Origin: Candidatus Omnitrophota bacterium
Lineage (GTDB): Bacteria; Omnitrophota; Gorgyraeia; Zapsychrales; Fredricksoniimonadaceae
Assembly (NCBI GenBank): GCA_015233145.1
Contig: JADFYI010000001.1
Location: 15,345 to 79,344 of the forward strand
Direction of reading: 5' to 3'
DNA length: 64,000 nucleotides
Shown here in pieces: positions 35,036-45,022 of this stretch. The stretch's first letter is position 1, and every line of letters begins with the position of its first letter. The notes beneath the pieces are model-generated. The model saw only the letters and a list, made by a program, of their open reading frames with translations. It did not search any database and was not told the DNA's origin. Made by a program: the position numbers and the translations under genes.

Positions 35036-35956
35036 TCAGATCTTTGGGCTTGGGAAAATGATCTTTTCCTCAGGGTTGTCAAATGATGTTATAGGAGCGT
35101 CGGGATAGCTCGCTTTAATTTTAGCAATAATCTCGTCAACAAGATACCGTGGCACAGAAGCGCCTGAGCTTACTCCGATGCATTTTTTTTCAGAAAGAAT
35201 TTTTGTGTCAAGCTCGTTGGCATTGTCAATGATGATGCTTTTGACACCAAGCTGTTCGCCCATTTCGCGCAGGCGGTTGGAGTTGGAACTCTTTGGTGAC
35301 CCGCAGATAATGATAAGGTCGCATAATTTGGCGAGTTCCTTGACAGCATCCTGCCGGCTTTGGGTGGCATAACAAATATCATCTTTTTGCGGGCCTGTAA
35401 GCCGTGGGAATGCGGCGCGCAATTTGAGGATGAGCTCGCGCGTTTCATCCACAGAAAGGGTTGTTTGGGTGATAAAGGCCACTTTTTTATGGCGCGGGAT
35501 GTTAAGTTTTTCAATATCATGGACATTCTGCACAATGTGCAAAAGGCTGTCTTTGACATATCCGGCAGTGCCGACAACTTCTTCGTGGCCTTTATGGCCG
35601 ATTAAAATGACATCAATATTTTCCTGGGAAAATTGAATGGCCTCGTTATGGACCTTTGTGACCAAAGGGCAGGTGGCGTCAATAAAGTGAAGATGCTTTT
35701 GTTTTGCTGTCTCAAGGACCAAAGGAGGGACGCCGTGGGCGCTAAAAACGACCCGGCCGTTATCAGGCACCTCACGGATGTCATTGACAAAAACGACACC
35801 CCGTTCCTTAAAACTGTTGACGACGGCGGTGTTATGCACGATTTCGTGATAAACATAAAGAGGGGTGCCGTATTTTATGAGCGCCTGTTCAACAATATCA
35901 ATGGCGCGGGCGACCCCTGCACAAAAACCTTGAGTCCTTGCGAGCAATATTTGCAT
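35036..35956 (-). CDS. ispH: 4-hydroxy-3-methylbut-2-enyl diphosphate reductase
   Basis: True start is MQILLARTQGFCAGVARAI, at 35956. Three cluster Cys are present (FCAG, ATCPLV, ICYAT). The 64-codon upstream extension in the ORF track has no homology. Confidence 0.93.
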   Translation of the reverse strand: MQILLARTQGFCAGVARAIDIVEQALIKYGTPLYVYHEIVHNTAVVNSFKERGVVFVNDIREVPDNGRVVFSAHGVPPLVLETAKQKHLHFIDATCPLVTKVHNEAIQFSQENIDVILIGHKGHEEVVGTAGYVKDSLLHIVQNVHDIEKLNIPRHKKVAFITQTTLSVDETRELILKLRAAFPRLTGPQKDDICYATQSRQDAVKELAKLCDLIIICGSPKSSNSNRLREMGEQLGVKSIIIDNANELDTKILSEKKCIGVSSGASVPRYLVDEIIAKIKASYPDAPITSFDNPEEKIIFPSPKI

Positions 35957-36019
35957 TGATGCCTCTATTCCGTTAGAATGCTTTTGCATTATAACATTCA
36001 TTAATCTTGAGTAAAGAAT

Positions 36020-37237
36020 ATGCCTAAAATCCTTCGTCGAAAAACACCCGCTGTCAAAATCGGTAAAGTTTTGATGGGAAGCGACCATCCAATAGTGATC
36101 CAGTCTATGACAGACACTCCGACTGCTGATGCCGATGCCACATTCCATCAGACAGTCGAGCTTGTGGAGGCCGGGTCAGAATTGGTCCGGTGGACGATCA
36201 ATGACGATGCGGCCGCCCAGGGGGCCATTAAGGCCATAAAATCTTTGCGGGCTTTTCATATCACGACTCCCATTATTGGAGATTTTCATTTTAATGGCCA
36301 TGCCCTCTTGACAAAACACGGGGAGCTGGCCGAGCTTCTGGACAAGTACCGTATTAATCCCGGCAATGTCGCATCTGCCAGAAAGGATGACGATAATTTT
36401 TCTTCTATTATCAAGATCGCTGTCAAAAATAACAAGGCTGTGCGCATTGGCGTCAATTGGGGCTCTTTGGATAAAGACCTTTTGGCGGATTTGATGGATA
36501 AAAATGCGCGTTTAGCAAAGCCGAAAACAATCAAAGAAGTCATGTACGACACCGTGGTTGAAAGCGCCATGGACAGTTGCCACCGGGCGCTTGACCTGGG
36601 GCTGCCTAAAAATAAACTTGTTGTGAGCGCCAAGCTTTCCATTCTTCAGGATACTGTTGAAGTTTATCAAAGGCTTGCGGAACTTTGCGACTATTGCCTT
36701 CATTTGGGTTTGACGGAAGCCGGCGGCGGGGTGCGCGGGGTCACGGCAAGTGTTGCGGCTCTGTCAATACTTCTTCAAAAGGGGATCGGAGATACGCTGC
36801 GGGTCTCATTAACACCGGAGCCTGGCGTGTCACGGGCCAAAGAAGTCGAGGTTTGCCAGGAAATTTTACAGGCCATGGGATTTCGGTTTTTCATTCCAAG
36901 TGTCACGAGCTGTCCGGGATGCGGACGGACCAAGAGTATTTATTTTCAAGAACTTGCGCAATCTATCCGGGACCATATTTCTTCCCGTATGCAGGAATGG
37001 CGTAAGGAATACCCGGGTGTTGAAACTCTTAAAGTTGCGGTCATGGGCTGTGTGGTGAACGGCCCCGGTGAAAGTAAGCATGCGGATATCGGCATCAGCC
37101 TGCCAGGAGCCTTTGAAGAGCCCGTGGCTCCGGTTTATATCGATGGAGAAAAGATTTTGATGCTTAAAGGCGATAAGATTAAAGAAGAGTTTATTCAGAT
37201 TCTTGAGAGTTTTGTGGCCCGGCGTTTTGGGAAATGA
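36020..37237 (+). CDS. ispG: 4-hydroxy-3-methylbut-2-en-1-yl diphosphate synthase
   Basis: PIVIQSMT, RINPGN and SCPGCGRT...GCVVNGPGE (4Fe-4S ligands). Divergent from ispH across 63 nt. Confidence 0.94.
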   Translation: MPKILRRKTPAVKIGKVLMGSDHPIVIQSMTDTPTADADATFHQTVELVEAGSELVRWTINDDAAAQGAIKAIKSLRAFHITTPIIGDFHFNGHALLTKHGELAELLDKYRINPGNVASARKDDDNFSSIIKIAVKNNKAVRIGVNWGSLDKDLLADLMDKNARLAKPKTIKEVMYDTVVESAMDSCHRALDLGLPKNKLVVSAKLSILQDTVEVYQRLAELCDYCLHLGLTEAGGGVRGVTASVAALSILLQKGIGDTLRVSLTPEPGVSRAKEVEVCQEILQAMGFRFFIPSVTSCPGCGRTKSIYFQELAQSIRDHISSRMQEWRKEYPGVETLKVAVMGCVVNGPGESKHADIGISLPGAFEEPVAPVYIDGEKILMLKGDKIKEEFIQILESFVARRFGK

Positions 37238-37253
37238 CCTGCTTTGCCCCTGG

Positions 37254-38060
37254 CTAAACGAGCCCCACGGTTTTGACAATCTTCCGTTTTTCGAACAGGA
37301 CATATTCTTTATAGCCAGCCGCCAAAGCCCATTCGCGGCCGTTATCCATGTCCATGCCGACTTCTTCAGGGCGGTGGGCATCAGAACCAAATGTGATCGG
37401 AATCCCTTTCTGGCAGTAAATTTTTAAGTCATGCAAAGACGGGTAAATTTCTTTGGCAGGCTTGCGGAGCCCGGAGGTGTTAATTTCAATGACAACCCCG
37501 GTTTTCTTAAAAATACGGGCGTTTTCCTCAACTTCGTCTGTCAGGTCTTTTTTAGGATGAAAATTAAACTTTTTAACAAGGTCAACGTGGCCCAGGATAT
37601 CAAAGATGCGGGCAAGGGCGCTTTTTCGCAGTAACCTGAAGTATTCACGGTAAACCTCATCCACATCACGGATGTCCCATTGTTTGAGTTGAATCGGGTC
37701 GTCAAAACCCCATTTATCAATAAAGTGAACTGACCCGATCACATAGTCATAAGGGTATTGGGCGAGCATCGCCTTGGTGCGGTCTTCGTAACCAGCCATG
37801 TAATCGGCCTCAATCCCGACACGCACAGTGAGCTCGCCGGAAAATTCAGCGCGCACGCTTTCAACCATGTCATGATAGATCGGAAGCTGGGAGTAATCCA
37901 TGGTGATGGTGGGGTCTTTGTGGGACAACAGCGGCGCATGGTCAGAAAAGCCGATTTCCACAAGCCCTGTTTGGATGGCGCGTTTGGCATAGGCCTGCGG
38001 CGCGCCTGTGGCGTGTCCGCAAAGGGGAGTGTGCATGTGGTAGTCTGAAATAATAAGCAT
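37254..38060 (-). CDS. PHP-domain histidinol-phosphatase family protein (HisJ/HisK type)
   Basis: Start MLIISDYHMHTPLCGHA (38060). GSVHF, GHVD and SDAH are PHP metal-ligand motifs. Confidence 0.75.
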   Translation of the reverse strand: MLIISDYHMHTPLCGHATGAPQAYAKRAIQTGLVEIGFSDHAPLLSHKDPTITMDYSQLPIYHDMVESVRAEFSGELTVRVGIEADYMAGYEDRTKAMLAQYPYDYVIGSVHFIDKWGFDDPIQLKQWDIRDVDEVYREYFRLLRKSALARIFDILGHVDLVKKFNFHPKKDLTDEVEENARIFKKTGVVIEINTSGLRKPAKEIYPSLHDLKIYCQKGIPITFGSDAHRPEEVGMDMDNGREWALAAGYKEYVLFEKRKIVKTVGLV

Positions 38061-38152
38061 ATTTTTTAAAGTTAGTAAGATTATAACACAGCCGTGCAAT
38101 CGGGCAACGACGCACAGATAAATTTTCTTATTAAAGCCTTTCAGTTTGTCCT

Positions 38153-38181
38153 TTGACGAGTTTATCCCGGTATGTTAGTAT
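38153..38181 (+). promoter_or_regulatory. sigma70-like promoter candidate (TTGACG-17 nt-TAGTAT) upstream of folE
   Basis: TTGACG at 38153-38158 and TAGTAT at 38176-38181. Confidence 0.4.
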
Positions 38182-38231
38182 GCAAAACAGTTTTTCTTTA
38201 AGTTATTTGTGTTTTTTATGAGGAGAGTGTT

Positions 38232-38783
38232 ATGCCGGAAAACAAGGAAAAAATTTACCGCAGCCTTCTTGTCTCTATTGGCGAGAACCTTGACAGGGAT
38301 GGCTTGAAGGCCACGCCCAAACGTGCTGCCAGGGCCTTTGAGCATCTGACAGTGGGTTATTCCCAGAATATTGATGAAGTCATCAATGGCGCGATTTTCG
38401 AGTCAGATAACGATGAGATGATTATCGTCAAGGATATTGAAATGTATTCCTTGTGCGAACACCATTTATTGCCGTTTTTTGGCAAGTGCCATATCGGCTA
38501 TATCCCGCGAGGGAAAGTCATGGGGCTTTCCAAGCTGGCGCGTGTTGTGGATGTTTACGCCAAGCGGCTCCAGATCCAGGAGAACCTGACAAAACAGGTG
38601 GCGGACACGATTATGAAGTATACCAATGCTTACGGCGTCGGCGTTGTGATTGAGGCCAAGCATTTATGCATGATGATGCGCGGGGTTGAAAAACAGAATT
38701 CTGTCATGAAAACTTCCTGTATGCTCGGTGTTTTCCGTTCCCAGGGCACAACCCGCAGTGAATTCTTGAGTTTGATAAAATAA
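38232..38783 (+). CDS. folE: GTP cyclohydrolase I
   Basis: [29 protein letters not shown] and [12 protein letters not shown]. Confidence 0.95.
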   Translation: MPENKEKIYRSLLVSIGENLDRDGLKATPKRAARAFEHLTVGYSQNIDEVINGAIFESDNDEMIIVKDIEMYSLCEHHLLPFFGKCHIGYIPRGKVMGLSKLARVVDVYAKRLQIQENLTKQVADTIMKYTNAYGVGVVIEAKHLCMMMRGVEKQNSVMKTSCMLGVFRSQGTTRSEFLSLIK

Positions 38784-38787
38784 TTTT

Positions 38788-39189
38788 ATGAAAACAATAG
38801 TTTCGATCCATATCAGGGACCTTGCCCTTAAAGCGGTTATCGGCACTGAAGAGCGCGAGCGAAAAAATGCCCAGGAGCTTGTCCTTAATATCTTCTTTGA
38901 ATATGACGCGTCTTTGGCTGTCCAAACCGATGCTTTGGGCCATGCGGTTGACTATCAGGCCCTTGTTCAAAAGATCAAAGGAAAAATAGAGCAGTCGAAA
39001 TATTTTTTGATTGAACGGCTGGGGCAGGATGTTCTTGAGCTTATGATGGCGGATGCAAGAATTTTATCAGCAAAGGTCATTATTGATAAGCCTCAAGCTT
39101 TGGCAGAGGCGCGTTCTGTGGCTGTCCAGATGTCTATAAACAGGGAAGGCAGCTCAAAGGCAGCTATTTCAACAACAAGGTGTTATTAA
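38788..39189 (+). CDS. folB: dihydroneopterin aldolase-like protein
   Basis: IGTEERERKNAQELVLNI...DALGHAVDYQAL fits the FolB tunnelling-fold pattern. Position after folE fits. Confidence 0.7.
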   Translation: MKTIVSIHIRDLALKAVIGTEERERKNAQELVLNIFFEYDASLAVQTDALGHAVDYQALVQKIKGKIEQSKYFLIERLGQDVLELMMADARILSAKVIIDKPQALAEARSVAVQMSINREGSSKAAISTTRCY

Positions 39190-39192
39190 GTT

Positions 39193-39666
39193 ATGGGATG
39201 GCTTGTTTTTTTATTAATTGCAGCATTTCCGGTTGCTGAAGTTTATGTCCTTATTAAGGTGGCATCACGGATCGGTTTTGGGGATACGTTGTTTCTTTTG
39301 ATATTTTCAGGGGTTTTTGGAGCCTACCTTGCCAGTATCCAGGGAAAAATAACCCTTAACAAGATGCAGGCCTGTTTAGCGCAGAACAAGCTTCCTACAA
39401 AAGAAATGATTGATGGCCTTCTTATTTTCCTGGGAGGCATTTTATTTATCATTCCGGGATTTATTAGTGACATTATAGGTTTTTTCCTGATATTCCCGCT
39501 GACGCGCTGGGTCATCCGTATGGGAATCCTGCATAGCGCAGAGGTAAGCCTTTCCAGGCGCGCTGCCCGGGGGGCTTCCCAAGGCCCGGAGGGTGTCAAC
39601 AAAGGGCCTGTTTCCACAGAAGGCTTTAATAAAGGGAATGCCCAGGACGCCGAGATTGTTGAGTAA
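39193..39666 (+). CDS. fxsA: FxsA-family cytoplasmic membrane protein
   Basis: FPVAEVYVLIKV...LIFLGGILFIIPGFISDIIGFFLIFPLTR. Confidence 0.8.
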   Translation: MGWLVFLLIAAFPVAEVYVLIKVASRIGFGDTLFLLIFSGVFGAYLASIQGKITLNKMQACLAQNKLPTKEMIDGLLIFLGGILFIIPGFISDIIGFFLIFPLTRWVIRMGILHSAEVSLSRRAARGASQGPEGVNKGPVSTEGFNKGNAQDAEIVE

Positions 39667-39762
39667 TGCTTTTTGGCCGAAGAAATTTCTTCTAAATTTC
39701 TCTTGCAAAGGGTTTTTTTGTTGCTACTATAATGTCTGCTTTGACCGGAAAGGCATTATTTT

Positions 39763-40506
39763 ATGAGACTTGAAGACACAATAGCCTTTATTACAGGATC
39801 TGCGCGCGGCATTGGCCGCGAGATCGCGGAAACCTTTGCCAAAGAAGGCGCATTAGTCCTCATTTCAGATATTAATGCCGAAGCCGCTCAAAAAACTGCT
39901 GAAGAGTTTGTCCAAAAAGGGTATAAAGCTGACCATGCTTCCTGCAATGTGACGAATTCAGCGGATGTCGAGCAATGTGTAGACAAGATTCTGGCCAAAT
40001 ACGGCCGTATTGATATTCTGGTGAACAATGCCGGCATTACCAAGGATAATCTTTTCATTCGCATGAAGGAAGAGGATTGGGATGCGGTTATTGCGGTTAA
40101 CCTTAAGGGTACCTTTAACGCCTCAAAGTCAGTTTCAAAGGCCATGTTAAAGGCCCGTAAGGGAAAAATGATCAACATTGCCTCGGTTATTGGCGTTATG
40201 GGCAATGCAGGGCAGGCCAATTATGCGGCCAGCAAGGCCGGCGTTATTGCGCTGACCAAGTCTTTGGCAAGGGAGTTTGCTTCGCGCAGTATTAATGTTA
40301 ACGCGGTCGCGCCTGGTTATATCAAAACAGATATGACCGACAAGCTTTCCGAGGATGTCAAAAACAAGATCCTCGAGAACGTGCCCCTGGGGCGGATGGG
40401 GTTGCCTTTGGATGTTGCGAATGTCTGTTTATTCCTCGCGTCTAAAGAATCGGATTATGTCACCGGCCAAACAATTCTTGTTGACGGCGGCATGGTAATG
40501 TATTAA
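39763..40506 (+). CDS. fabG: 3-oxoacyl-ACP reductase
   Basis: TGSARGIG, NNAGIT and YAASKAG (SDR catalytic YxxxK). Sits upstream of acpP. Confidence 0.93.
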   Translation: MRLEDTIAFITGSARGIGREIAETFAKEGALVLISDINAEAAQKTAEEFVQKGYKADHASCNVTNSADVEQCVDKILAKYGRIDILVNNAGITKDNLFIRMKEEDWDAVIAVNLKGTFNASKSVSKAMLKARKGKMINIASVIGVMGNAGQANYAASKAGVIALTKSLAREFASRSINVNAVAPGYIKTDMTDKLSEDVKNKILENVPLGRMGLPLDVANVCLFLASKESDYVTGQTILVDGGMVMY

Positions 40507-40544
40507 AAGAGTTATTTAAGGAACGATAAAAAGGAGGCTATTCA

Positions 40545-40781
40545 ATGGCTGTCGCAGAAAAAGTTAAATCTATTATTGCAGAACAACTGGGCGTAAAAAT
40601 CGAAGAGGTCAAGCCTGAGGCATCTTTTATTGATGATCTGGGCGCAGATTCTCTTGATACGGTTGAGCTCATTATGGCTCTCGAAGAAGAGTTTAATATC
40701 GAGATCCCTGATGAGGATGCTGAGAAAATGACTAAAGTTGGCGACGCGATCAAGTACGTTGAGACAAAGACTGCCGCGTAA
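40545..40781 (+). CDS. acpP: acyl carrier protein
   Basis: [19 protein letters not shown] carries the phosphopantetheine Ser motif DSLD. Confidence 0.97.
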   Translation: MAVAEKVKSIIAEQLGVKIEEVKPEASFIDDLGADSLDTVELIMALEEEFNIEIPDEDAEKMTKVGDAIKYVETKTAA

Positions 40782-40818
40782 GCTTCCCTAATATATACTC
40801 AGTTCAGTTTCAAACCAT

Positions 40819-40843
40819 GCCCCGACAGCTCCTATGTCGGGGC
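40819..40843 (+). terminator. hairpin and T-run between acpP and fabF (attenuator or partial terminator candidate)
   Basis: GCCCCGAC-9 nt-GTCGGGGC is followed by AAAATCTTTTTA. Confidence 0.45.
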
Positions 40844-40861
40844 AAAATCTTTTTATAGGAT

Positions 40862-42115
40862 ATGGAATTTATGGAGAAAAGACGAGTCGTTATCACAGGA
40901 ATTGGTGTTGTTTCGCCTTTAGGGACAGGGGTTGAGAGTTTCTGGAATGCCATGGTCAGCGGAAAAAGCGGTGTCAAGCGGATTACCAAGTTTGATCCCG
41001 CCCAGTTTGACACCCAGATCGCGGCTGAAGTTAAGGATTATAATCCGGAAACTTATTTTAGTTCCAAAGATGCCCGTAAAATTTCCCTTTTTGTGCAATA
41101 TGCGATTGTTGCTGCCCGTGAAGCCATGAAGAATTCCAATTTTGTCATGGCCAATGCAGACCCTCATCGCGTGGGTGTTGTTATTGGTTCAGGCATTGGC
41201 TGTATCAAATCTGCGGAAGAGGAGTATCAGAAATTTCTGGAAAAAGGGCCTGGCCGTATTTCTCCGTTTTTCATTCCCAAGATGATTATTAATGAAGCGG
41301 CGGGCCATGTCTCGATTGATATCGGCGCCAAAGGGCCGGCGACATGTTCCGTAACTGCCTGCGCCACAGGCACAACCTGTATCGGCGATGCTTTTAAAAT
41401 GATTCAGTATGGAGAAATTGATGCTGCGTTTGCCGGCGGAACCGAAGCGGCTGTTTCTATTTTAGGTATTGGCGGGTTTTGTGCGCTTAAAGCATTGTCA
41501 ACACGCAATGACGCCCCCGAGGCTGCGAGCCGTCCGTTTGATAAAGACCGCGATGGGTTTGTGATGGGGGAGGGCGGCTGCGTTCTTGTTCTTGAAGAAC
41601 TGTCTTATGCCAAAAAACGCGGCGCTCCTATTCTGGCCGAGGTCGTGGGCTTTGGCCAGACTTCGGATGCGTTTCATTCCACGGCTCCTGCGGATGACGG
41701 CGAGGGCGCCAAACTGGCCATGCTTAACGCCTTAACGTGGGGCGGTTTGAAGCTTCAGGACGTAAATTATATTAATGCCCATGGCACATCCACTTATTTA
41801 AATGACAAAATTGAAACACTGGCCATTAAAAAGGCTTTTGGCGATTATGCCGGGAAAGTGGCTGTCAGCTCTACCAAATCCATGACAGGCCATCTTTTAG
41901 GGGCAGCTGGTGCAGTCGAGTGCGCGGCCTGTGTTCTTGCGATCCGTGACCAGATTATTCCTCCGACGATAAACTATACGACTCCTGATCCTGAATGCGA
42001 TCTTGATTATGTTCCCAATCAGGCGCGTAAGGCAAAGGTGAATTTGGCTATTTCCAATTCCCTGGGGTTCGGCGGCCATAACGCGACCATCGCGGTTAAA
42101 AAGTTTCAAGAATAA
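40862..42115 (+). CDS. fabF: beta-ketoacyl-ACP synthase II
   Basis: Active-site ACATG, with HGTST and GHLLGAAG (Cys-His-His triad context). Confidence 0.95.
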   Translation: MEFMEKRRVVITGIGVVSPLGTGVESFWNAMVSGKSGVKRITKFDPAQFDTQIAAEVKDYNPETYFSSKDARKISLFVQYAIVAAREAMKNSNFVMANADPHRVGVVIGSGIGCIKSAEEEYQKFLEKGPGRISPFFIPKMIINEAAGHVSIDIGAKGPATCSVTACATGTTCIGDAFKMIQYGEIDAAFAGGTEAAVSILGIGGFCALKALSTRNDAPEAASRPFDKDRDGFVMGEGGCVLVLEELSYAKKRGAPILAEVVGFGQTSDAFHSTAPADDGEGAKLAMLNALTWGGLKLQDVNYINAHGTSTYLNDKIETLAIKKAFGDYAGKVAVSSTKSMTGHLLGAAGAVECAACVLAIRDQIIPPTINYTTPDPECDLDYVPNQARKAKVNLAISNSLGFGGHNATIAVKKFQE

Positions 42116-42130
42116 CAAGGACACCGGAAT

Positions 42131-43186
42131 ATGAAAAATTACAAGATTGCCACGATCCCGGGTGACGGCACAGGCCCGGAAGTTGTCCGCGAAGGCTTAA
42201 AGGTCATGTCGGCAGCAGCCCAAAAGTTTGGGTTTAAATATGAAACTGTGAATTTTGATTTTGGCGGTGAAAGGTACCTTCGCATGAAAGAAGTTTTACC
42301 GGAATCCGCGATCAGTGATTTGAAACAGTTTGATGCGATTTTCCTGGGGGCCATCGGGCATCCTGATGTGAAGCCCGGCATCCTTGAAAAGGGCATCCTT
42401 TTGAAACTCCGTTTTGATTTGAACCAGTATATTAATCTTCGTCCTGTCCAGCTTTTTGACGACCGCTTTTGTCCGCTTAAAGGGAAGACCCCGGCGGATA
42501 TTAATTTCACGGTTGTCCGTGAGAATTCCGAGGGGCTTTATGCAGGGGCGGGCGGAAACTTATTTAAGAACACTCCGCAGGAAGTGGCGATTCAGGAAAG
42601 CATTAATACTCGTTTTGGCGTGGAACGTTGCGTCCGTTACGCTTATGAGTATGCGAGAAAATACAGCCGAAAGAAGCAGTTGACTTTGTGCGGAAAAACC
42701 AATGTTCTTACTTATGCTTTTGATCTGTGGCAGCGCACGTTTAATGAAGTTGGCCAGGAATACAAAGATATTAAGACGGATTATGCTCACGTGGACGCCA
42801 TTACCATGTGGTTTGTAAAGAATCCTGAATGGTTTGACGTTATTGTGACGGACAATATGTTTGGGGATATTATTACGGATTTGGCAGCCATGATCCAGGG
42901 CGGCATGGGCATTGCGGCTGGCGGAAATATTAACCCGGACGGAGTTTCGATGTTTGAGCCTATTGGCGGCTCGGCCCCCAAATACACAGGGCAAAATATC
43001 ATCAATCCGCTCGCGGCTATCGGCGCAGGGGCTCTTTTGTTCCGTGAACTGGGTGAAGAAAAAGCCGCGACAGCCATGGAGCAGTCGATTCGCTTGGTTG
43101 TGACCACAAAGCTTAAAGACCTGGCCGCAGGCAAGATGGGGTATTCAACGACGGAAGTCGGAGACTTGGTTGTCAAAAGTTTATAA
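42131..43186 (+). CDS. isopropylmalate/tartrate dehydrogenase-family oxidative decarboxylase
   Basis: IPGDGTGPEV, VRENSEGLY and NMFGDIITDLAA. The N-terminal half looks closer to tartrate/D-malate dehydrogenase than to classical LeuB, so substrate is uncertain. Confidence 0.8.
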   Translation: MKNYKIATIPGDGTGPEVVREGLKVMSAAAQKFGFKYETVNFDFGGERYLRMKEVLPESAISDLKQFDAIFLGAIGHPDVKPGILEKGILLKLRFDLNQYINLRPVQLFDDRFCPLKGKTPADINFTVVRENSEGLYAGAGGNLFKNTPQEVAIQESINTRFGVERCVRYAYEYARKYSRKKQLTLCGKTNVLTYAFDLWQRTFNEVGQEYKDIKTDYAHVDAITMWFVKNPEWFDVIVTDNMFGDIITDLAAMIQGGMGIAAGGNINPDGVSMFEPIGGSAPKYTGQNIINPLAAIGAGALLFRELGEEKAATAMEQSIRLVVTTKLKDLAAGKMGYSTTEVGDLVVKSL

Positions 43187-44185
43187 ATGGGGTTTAAGGT
43201 TATGAAGAAGTATGTTGTTGCTATTTTAGGGGCGCGTTCCGCTGTCGGGCATTGTATGTATGACATTGTCAAGCAGAGGAATTTTCCTGTCAAAGAATTA
43301 CGTTTAATTTCCCCGAGCGGTGCCAAAGGCGAGATGTTCGGCCTGCCTTTACTGGCGCTTAATGAGGAAGTTTTTAAGGGTGTTGATGTGGTTTTAAGCT
43401 CTCCGGGAGCTGAGATCAGCAAAATCTGGTCTCCTGTTGCGGCCAGGGCAGGCGCTGTTGTGATTGATAACACAAGCCAGTTTCGCATGGATAAAAATGT
43501 GCCCCTGGTTGTTCCTGAGGTCAATCCTGAAGATGTGAAGTGGCATAAGGGGATTATTGCCAATCCCAATTGCTCGACGATCCAAATGGTTGTGGCGTTA
43601 AAGCCTCTCCATGATTATGCCAAAATCAAGCGCGTTGTTGTTTCTACATATCAGGCTATTTCGGGTGCTGGTTCCGAGGCTATGGATGAGATGAGAAACC
43701 AGCTTAAAGGCGACCTCCTGCCCAAGAAGCTGGCCCATCAGATTTTGCATAACCTGATTCCGCAGATTGATGTCTTTACGGATAATTTCTATACCAAGGA
43801 AGAGATGAAGATGGTGAATGAAACCATGAAGATCATGCACGACGATGGCATCAGGGTCACGGCCACATGCGTGCGTGCGCCGGTTTTTAATTCCCATTCC
43901 GAGGCTGTGAATATTGAGACAGAAAAGAAACTGACCAGGGCCAAGGCAATTGAACTTTTGTCCAAAGCGCCGGGAGTCAAGGTTGTGGACGATCCGGCGA
44001 ATAAGGTTTATCCCATGCCCATTCATGCGGATGGCAAGGATGAGACTTTTGTCGGCCGTATCCGTGAGGACGAGTCGATAGCCAATGGCATCAATATGTG
44101 GATTGTTTCCGACAACCTCCGCAAAGGGGCGGCTTTAAACGCTGTGCAGATTGCCGAGAAATTGATTGAATACGGAATGATTTAA
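43187..44185 (+). CDS. asd: aspartate-semialdehyde dehydrogenase
   Basis: ILGARSAVG, active-site ANPNCSTI, and VSDNLRKGAALNAVQIAE. An alternative start exists at 43202. Confidence 0.93.
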   Translation: MGFKVMKKYVVAILGARSAVGHCMYDIVKQRNFPVKELRLISPSGAKGEMFGLPLLALNEEVFKGVDVVLSSPGAEISKIWSPVAARAGAVVIDNTSQFRMDKNVPLVVPEVNPEDVKWHKGIIANPNCSTIQMVVALKPLHDYAKIKRVVVSTYQAISGAGSEAMDEMRNQLKGDLLPKKLAHQILHNLIPQIDVFTDNFYTKEEMKMVNETMKIMHDDGIRVTATCVRAPVFNSHSEAVNIETEKKLTRAKAIELLSKAPGVKVVDDPANKVYPMPIHADGKDETFVGRIREDESIANGINMWIVSDNLRKGAALNAVQIAEKLIEYGMI

Positions 44186-44194
44186 AAGATTCTT

Positions 44195-44938
44195 ATGCGA
44201 ACCTTCAAGCTTACTATTGAATATGATGGCGTTGATTTTCATGGTTGGCAGGTTCAGCTGAATGCCCAAAATACTGTTCAAGGCGAACTCGAAGCTGCTC
44301 TTTCCAAAAACTTTAAGAAAAAACGTGTTGTGGTGATTGGGTCAGGCCGTACTGATAAAGGCGTCCATGCCCGTGGCCAGGTGGCTCATTTTCGCATGAA
44401 GACAACGATGCCGACTGATGAGCTGATGCGGGCCATAAACCATAACCTTCCCTCCGGGATTGTGATTAAATCGGTGGAGGAGGCGGAGGCCGGATTTCAC
44501 GCCCAGCGCAGTGCCAGGGGAAAGTCGTATTCCTATACCATCCTTAACAGAAGCTATCCTTCAGCGTTAGACCGTCAGCGGTGTTATTTCTTTCCAAGGA
44601 AAATCAATTTAGGCTTAATGCGCAGCGAGGCCAGGGCCTTCTTGGGCCGTCACGATTTTGCGAGTTTTGCCAATGTGGACCATTCCAGGACCTGTGAGAC
44701 GATAAGGACTGTCCGCCGGCTTGAGATTAAGAAACGCGGCGATTTTATTGTGGTGACGATTGAGGCCGACGGGTTCCTTTACAAGATGGTCAGAAATATT
44801 GTCGGCACGCTCCTTCAGGTCGCCAGCGGCCGTTTTCCATCAGGAAGCGTTAAAAGGATGCTTAAAGAAAAGGACCGCCGGTCAGCCGGGTTAGCCGCGC
44901 CGCCCGAAGGCCTTTGCCTGGAGCGGGTGGAATATTAA
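44195..44938 (+). CDS. truA: tRNA pseudouridine(38-40) synthase
   Basis: IEYDGVDFHGWQVQ and the catalytic GSGRTDKGVHA. Confidence 0.94.
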   Translation: MRTFKLTIEYDGVDFHGWQVQLNAQNTVQGELEAALSKNFKKKRVVVIGSGRTDKGVHARGQVAHFRMKTTMPTDELMRAINHNLPSGIVIKSVEEAEAGFHAQRSARGKSYSYTILNRSYPSALDRQRCYFFPRKINLGLMRSEARAFLGRHDFASFANVDHSRTCETIRTVRRLEIKKRGDFIVVTIEADGFLYKMVRNIVGTLLQVASGRFPSGSVKRMLKEKDRRSAGLAAPPEGLCLERVEY

Positions 44939-44966
44939 TTGACTTTCAGAAAAACTATGTTATATT
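44939..44966 (+). promoter_or_regulatory. sigma70-like promoter candidate (TTGACT-16 nt-TATATT) upstream of rplM
   Basis: TTGACT at 44939-44944 and TATATT at 44961-44966. Confidence 0.4.
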
Positions 44967-45022
44967 TTAAACTCATTTGAAAACTTTGGTTTAAAGAAAA
45001 AACTTTTTTAAAGAGAGATAAT

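Noticed and set aside
35957-36148. 64-codon N-terminal extension of ispH in the ORF track (370 aa)
   Set aside because: IspH homology begins exactly at MQILLARTQGFCAG (start 35956). The extension would run across the ispG start region and has no homology.
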